A stretch of DNA of 32,000 bases from Prochlorococcus marinus subsp. pastoris str. CCMP1986. Lineage in GTDB: Bacteria > Cyanobacteriota > Cyanobacteriia > PCC-6307 > Cyanobiaceae. The stretch lies in the NCBI RefSeq assembly GCF_000011465.1, contig NC_005072.1, forward strand, positions 780,001 through 812,000. The letters are read 5' to 3'. Each line of letters begins with the position of its first letter. The stretch's first letter is position 1. The position numbers were made by a program, and so were the translations under genes. Positions 28,959 through 32,000 of the stretch are shown one piece after another. Below the pieces are notes generated by a model. That model was not told the origin of the DNA and ran no database searches. It saw only the letters and a list, made by a program, of their open reading frames with translations.

Positions 28959-29708
28959 GTGACTTACCTTGAGGGTGTTTATTGGGATTTAGATGGAACA
29001 ATTGCTAATACTGAATTAGAAGCTCATTTGCCAGCTTTCAATTTTGCTTTTAAGGATTTCAATCTTAATTGGAATTGGGATAGATCTACATATTTAGACC
29101 TTTTAAAAATAAATGGAGGTAAAAATAGAATTTCTTATTATTCAAAGTTAATAAATAAATCTTTGAATAATAAAGAAGTAAAAGAAATTCATGAACGAAA
29201 ACAATATCATTATATTAATTATGTAAAAAAAAATAATGTGGTATCACTTAAAACCGGTGTATATAGATTAATTAAGGAATTAAAGAAAAAAAAAGTAAGA
29301 CAATTTGTGGTTACTTCTAGCTCTAAGAATCAAGCCAAACTTATAATTAATCAATTATTTATAGAATTTAATCCATTTGAATTTATTATTTCAAGTGATG
29401 ATGTTCACTTTCATAAACCAAACCCTCTACCTTATTTAAAAGCGATGAAATTAAGCGGTATAAAATTTAATAAATCTATAGTTTTTGAAGATTCTATTCC
29501 TGGGCTTAAATCATCTTTAGCAGCTAAATTACCCACTATTTACGTTCCTTCAAATATACCTGCGGTTATGGAGAAGGATATGAATTTAGACTGTTATGTA
29601 GATAGTCTTGGAAATGAAAGTTGTAAGGCTAATGTTATTAAGGGACCTGAACTTAATAATAATTATGTTGATTGCGCTTATTTGGAAAAATATTTGATGA
29701 CATTTTAA
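28959..29708 (+). CDS. HAD-superfamily phosphatase, CbbY-like
   Basis: GTG start with no in-frame ATG near the N-terminus. HAD motif I YWDLDGTIANTE, motif II VVTSSS, and motifs III/IV K...VFEDSIPGLKS. AFNFAFKDFNLNWNWD..Y.DLLKINGGKNRI matches the CbbY-type cap region. Confidence 0.8.
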   Translation: MTYLEGVYWDLDGTIANTELEAHLPAFNFAFKDFNLNWNWDRSTYLDLLKINGGKNRISYYSKLINKSLNNKEVKEIHERKQYHYINYVKKNNVVSLKTGVYRLIKELKKKKVRQFVVTSSSKNQAKLIINQLFIEFNPFEFIISSDDVHFHKPNPLPYLKAMKLSGIKFNKSIVFEDSIPGLKSSLAAKLPTIYVPSNIPAVMEKDMNLDCYVDSLGNESCKANVIKGPELNNNYVDCAYLEKYLMTF

Positions 29709-29709
29709 A

Positions 29710-30036
29710 ATGCAAAAAACAAAATTTTCAAAAATTAATGATCAATTTAATAATTTATTGTTTGGTTTTTTAAGCTCTTCTTGGAAATCAAAATCTATTA
29801 ATGTTATTTCTGTATTGACAGGTTATTTTTTATTTGCAAATTTTGCTACAAAATTCATATCTGAAGGTAAAAATGAATTAATAATGGTTCCTATAATAAT
29901 ATTAATTATTGAACTTATAATTAGAATTAGGCCACCTGCTGGTTCTAGTTTCTTTAACTTGTGGTCAATAATTGATAAGGCTCGAATTGGAGCAACTTAT
30001 GCTGTGATACTTGAGGCTTTTAAACTAGGTTCTTAG
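29710..30036 (+). CDS. Ycf20-like (DUF565) small membrane protein (108 aa)
   Basis: The ATG lies 1 nt after the upstream stop. Two or three hydrophobic segments with layout like plastid/cyanobacterial Ycf20. Family assignment is from memory. Confidence 0.55.
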   Translation: MQKTKFSKINDQFNNLLFGFLSSSWKSKSINVISVLTGYFLFANFATKFISEGKNELIMVPIIILIIELIIRIRPPAGSSFFNLWSIIDKARIGATYAVILEAFKLGS

Positions 30037-30041
30037 CAAAA

Positions 30042-30218
30042 TTATTCTTCACTTTCCTCTTCTTCGTCAATAGGATATACAAATCCTTGTGCTTTACCTG
30101 TTAAAACAGATTTACCTAGTGACATTGCTTTTTGAGCAGCTAATGCTGCTTTACCTTTCCAAACAGCATGTCGATGATTTCTCTTGCTCTTTGATTTTTT
30201 CTTCTTTGGAACAGCCAT
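30042..30218 (-). CDS. rpmF: 50S ribosomal protein L32 (58 aa)
   Basis: Not in the ORF track. ATG 30218 to TAA 30044-30042 gives [58 protein letters not shown]. It has the canonical MAVPKKK.SKSKRn.R...W L32 N-terminus and a cyanobacterial-type acidic tail. Confidence 0.92.
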
Positions 30219-30353
30219 ACTAATTTCTTATATCCTTCTATTAATATAACCTTTCAATGGTTATCTCTCAAATATTTGAGTATATTTGTTTTAAATAATG
30301 CAATTCTTAATCTGAGCTTTTAAGCTTTAGTTATTATATTTTATTGAAGATTA

Positions 30354-32000
30354 GTGTTCTTTAAATCAAATTTCTCATATTCAGATTCTAATAAGAGTTA
30401 TTCTGATCTCTTATTAGAATTAGATTCGGGGAATATACAATCTATATATTTCTATCCTAGAAAAAGGGAAATAGATGTTTTGTATAAGAATGGGAACAAA
30501 GAAAAAATACCTATACTTTATAACGACCAACTTATTCTTGAAAAAGCATCAGAAAATAATGTTGACCTAACCATTAATAACAGTCGTAAAGAATCTTCAG
30601 CGGCCAATTCGTTTGCATCAGTGGGCCTTTTTTTGATTTTTATAATAGCCATTGTTTTAATATTGAAAAGTACTTCAAAACTAGCCTCAAAAGCTTTAGG
30701 TTTTGGTAAAAATAAATCAAAATTTGTCACCATTGATGATGTAGAAACACGATTTGATGATGTTGCTGGTGTTCCTGAAGCCGCGGAAGAATTAAAAGAG
30801 GTTATTAAATTTCTTAATGAACCAAAAAAATTTACTGATCTTGGAGCAAAAGTTCCTAAGGGTGTTCTTTTAATTGGTCCTCCTGGAACTGGTAAAACAT
30901 TATTAGCTAAAGCTATTGCAGGTGAGTCCGGTGTTCCTTTTCTCTCTATTGCCGCATCAGAATTTGTTGAACTATTTGTTGGTGTTGGTGCAAGTAGAGT
31001 TAGAGACTTATTTGAAAAAGCAAAAGAAAAGTCTCCTTGCATAATATTTATAGATGAAATTGATTCTATTGGTAGACAAAGAGGTTCGGGGATCGGAGGA
31101 GGTAATGATGAAAGAGAACAAACCCTTAATCAGCTTTTAACAGAATTAGATGGATTTGCAGATAATTCTGGAATAATTGTTATTGCCGCCACAAATAGAC
31201 CAGATATCTTAGATTCAGCTCTTTTAAGACCGGGACGATTCGACAGAAAAATTGAAGTCATGTTGCCTGATCTAGATGGCAGAAAAAAAATACTCTCAGT
31301 TCATTCTTTATCTAAACCTCTTGCAAAAGATGTGGATTTGTCATATTGGGCTACAAGAACAGTAGGTTTTTCTGGCGCTGACTTAGCAAATTTAATGAAT
31401 GAAAGTGCTATACATTGTGCTAGAGAAGATTCTAAATTAATTACTTATTCTCATATAGAAAATGCTTTAGATAAAGTTACTCTTGGTCTTCGTACTTCTA
31501 TTATTTCTTCTCAAAATATGAAAAAGATTATTGCATATAACGAAGTTGGACGTGCCATTGTTTCCGCGGTTAAAAATGGTGTTGATTCAGTAGATAAAAT
31601 AACAATTCTTCCGAGATCTGGATATTTAGGAGGATATACAAAAATTAATCCAGACGAAGATATCGTATCAAGTGGATTAATTTCAAAGAAACTATTGTTA
31701 TCTAAAATTGAAATAGCATTGGCAGGAAGAGCTGCTGAAATAATTGTATACGGTAAAAATGAAATTACTCAATGTTCATTTAATGATATATCTTATGCAA
31801 CAAGCATTATTAGAGAGATGGTAACTAAATATGGATTTTCTATAATAGGACCTCTATCTCTTGAAGATGGAGGAGAAATGTCAATTGGAGATGGTTTTGT
31901 TAGGAATAAATCTACAATAGCTGATAACACTTACTCCAGAATTGATAATGAAATTATAAATATTTCTAAAATTTCTTTAAATAATGCCATAAAAATTATC
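30354..32000 (+). CDS. ftsH: FtsH-family AAA+ protein, 3' end outside the window; protease zinc motif not conserved
   Basis: Not in the ORF track because it has no stop in the window. The frame is open from TGA 30345-30347 to 32000, and the only plausible start is GTG 30354. Motifs: [16 protein letters not shown] (FtsH N-domain), one TM ([18 protein letters not shown]), [43 protein letters not shown] and [21 protein letters not shown]. The M41 domain begins [12 protein letters not shown]. Confidence 0.9.
   Translation, partial: MFFKSNFSYSDSNKSYSDLLLELDSGNIQSIYFYPRKREIDVLYKNGNKEKIPILYNDQLILEKASENNVDLTINNSRKESSAANSFASVGLFLIFIIAIVLILKSTSKLASKALGFGKNKSKFVTIDDVETRFDDVAGVPEAAEELKEVIKFLNEPKKFTDLGAKVPKGVLLIGPPGTGKTLLAKAIAGESGVPFLSIAASEFVELFVGVGASRVRDLFEKAKEKSPCIIFIDEIDSIGRQRGSGIGGGNDEREQTLNQLLTELDGFADNSGIIVIAATNRPDILDSALLRPGRFDRKIEVMLPDLDGRKKILSVHSLSKPLAKDVDLSYWATRTVGFSGADLANLMNESAIHCAREDSKLITYSHIENALDKVTLGLRTSIISSQNMKKIIAYNEVGRAIVSAVKNGVDSVDKITILPRSGYLGGYTKINPDEDIVSSGLISKKLLLSKIEIALAGRAAEIIVYGKNEITQCSFNDISYATSIIREMVTKYGFSIIGPLSLEDGGEMSIGDGFVRNKSTIADNTYSRIDNEIINISKISLNNAIKII

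Noticed and set aside
30518-31042. A 174-aa minus-strand ORF in the supplied track
   Set aside because: It lies exactly antisense to the most conserved part of the FtsH AAA+ domain (Walker A to Walker B on the plus strand). Its product is low-complexity (S/T/A/N-rich) with no motif. It is a shadow ORF of the plus-strand gene, which the track missed because it has no stop in the window.
1-32000. A search for CRISPR arrays, transposases or integrases, tRNA/rRNA genes, phage genes, toxin-antitoxin pairs or defence-system hallmarks
   Set aside because: No spaced direct repeats, no recombinase or nuclease-helicase defence signatures, and no G+C-rich cloverleaf-like segments were seen. Every ORF over 100 aa is accounted for by housekeeping or conserved cyanobacterial families, so I do not claim a novel defence or mobile system here.

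Overview
This is a compact, very AT-rich window (roughly 30% G+C by eye, not computed) with gene-dense chromosome on both strands. Gene content and order fit the core genome of a marine picocyanobacterium, most likely a high-light-adapted Prochlorococcus. The markers are chlH, acsF, cbbY-like and ycf20-like genes, plus the cyanobacteria-restricted families I tentatively recognise as DUF2949, DUF3038, DUF4335 and DUF2996. I support 32 protein-coding genes. Four are absent from the supplied ORF track: a 58-aa S4-domain gene, rpmF, a 3'-truncated ftsH-like gene, and a 53-aa membrane ORF. A fifth candidate missing from the track is a 25-aa hydrophobic ORF. I see no rRNA, tRNA, CRISPR array, transposase, integrase, phage gene or recognisable defence system, so this does not look like an accessory island. 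The most interesting observations are two apparent pseudoenzymes: (1) an FtsH paralog with an intact AAA+ module whose zinc-protease HEXXH motif reads NEVGR and which lacks the first transmembrane helix; (2) an RNase II/R-family protein with cold-shock-like and S1 domains but no recognisable RNB catalytic motifs. Lesser points are a three-gene operon of a CxxCxxCC protein plus two half-size UPF0016 (GDT1/Mnx-type) genes, two unannotated micro-ORFs, a tightly coupled DUF2949-DUF3038-DUF4335 block, and frequent non-ATG starts. All family assignments come from by-eye motif recognition and need HMM or BLAST confirmation.
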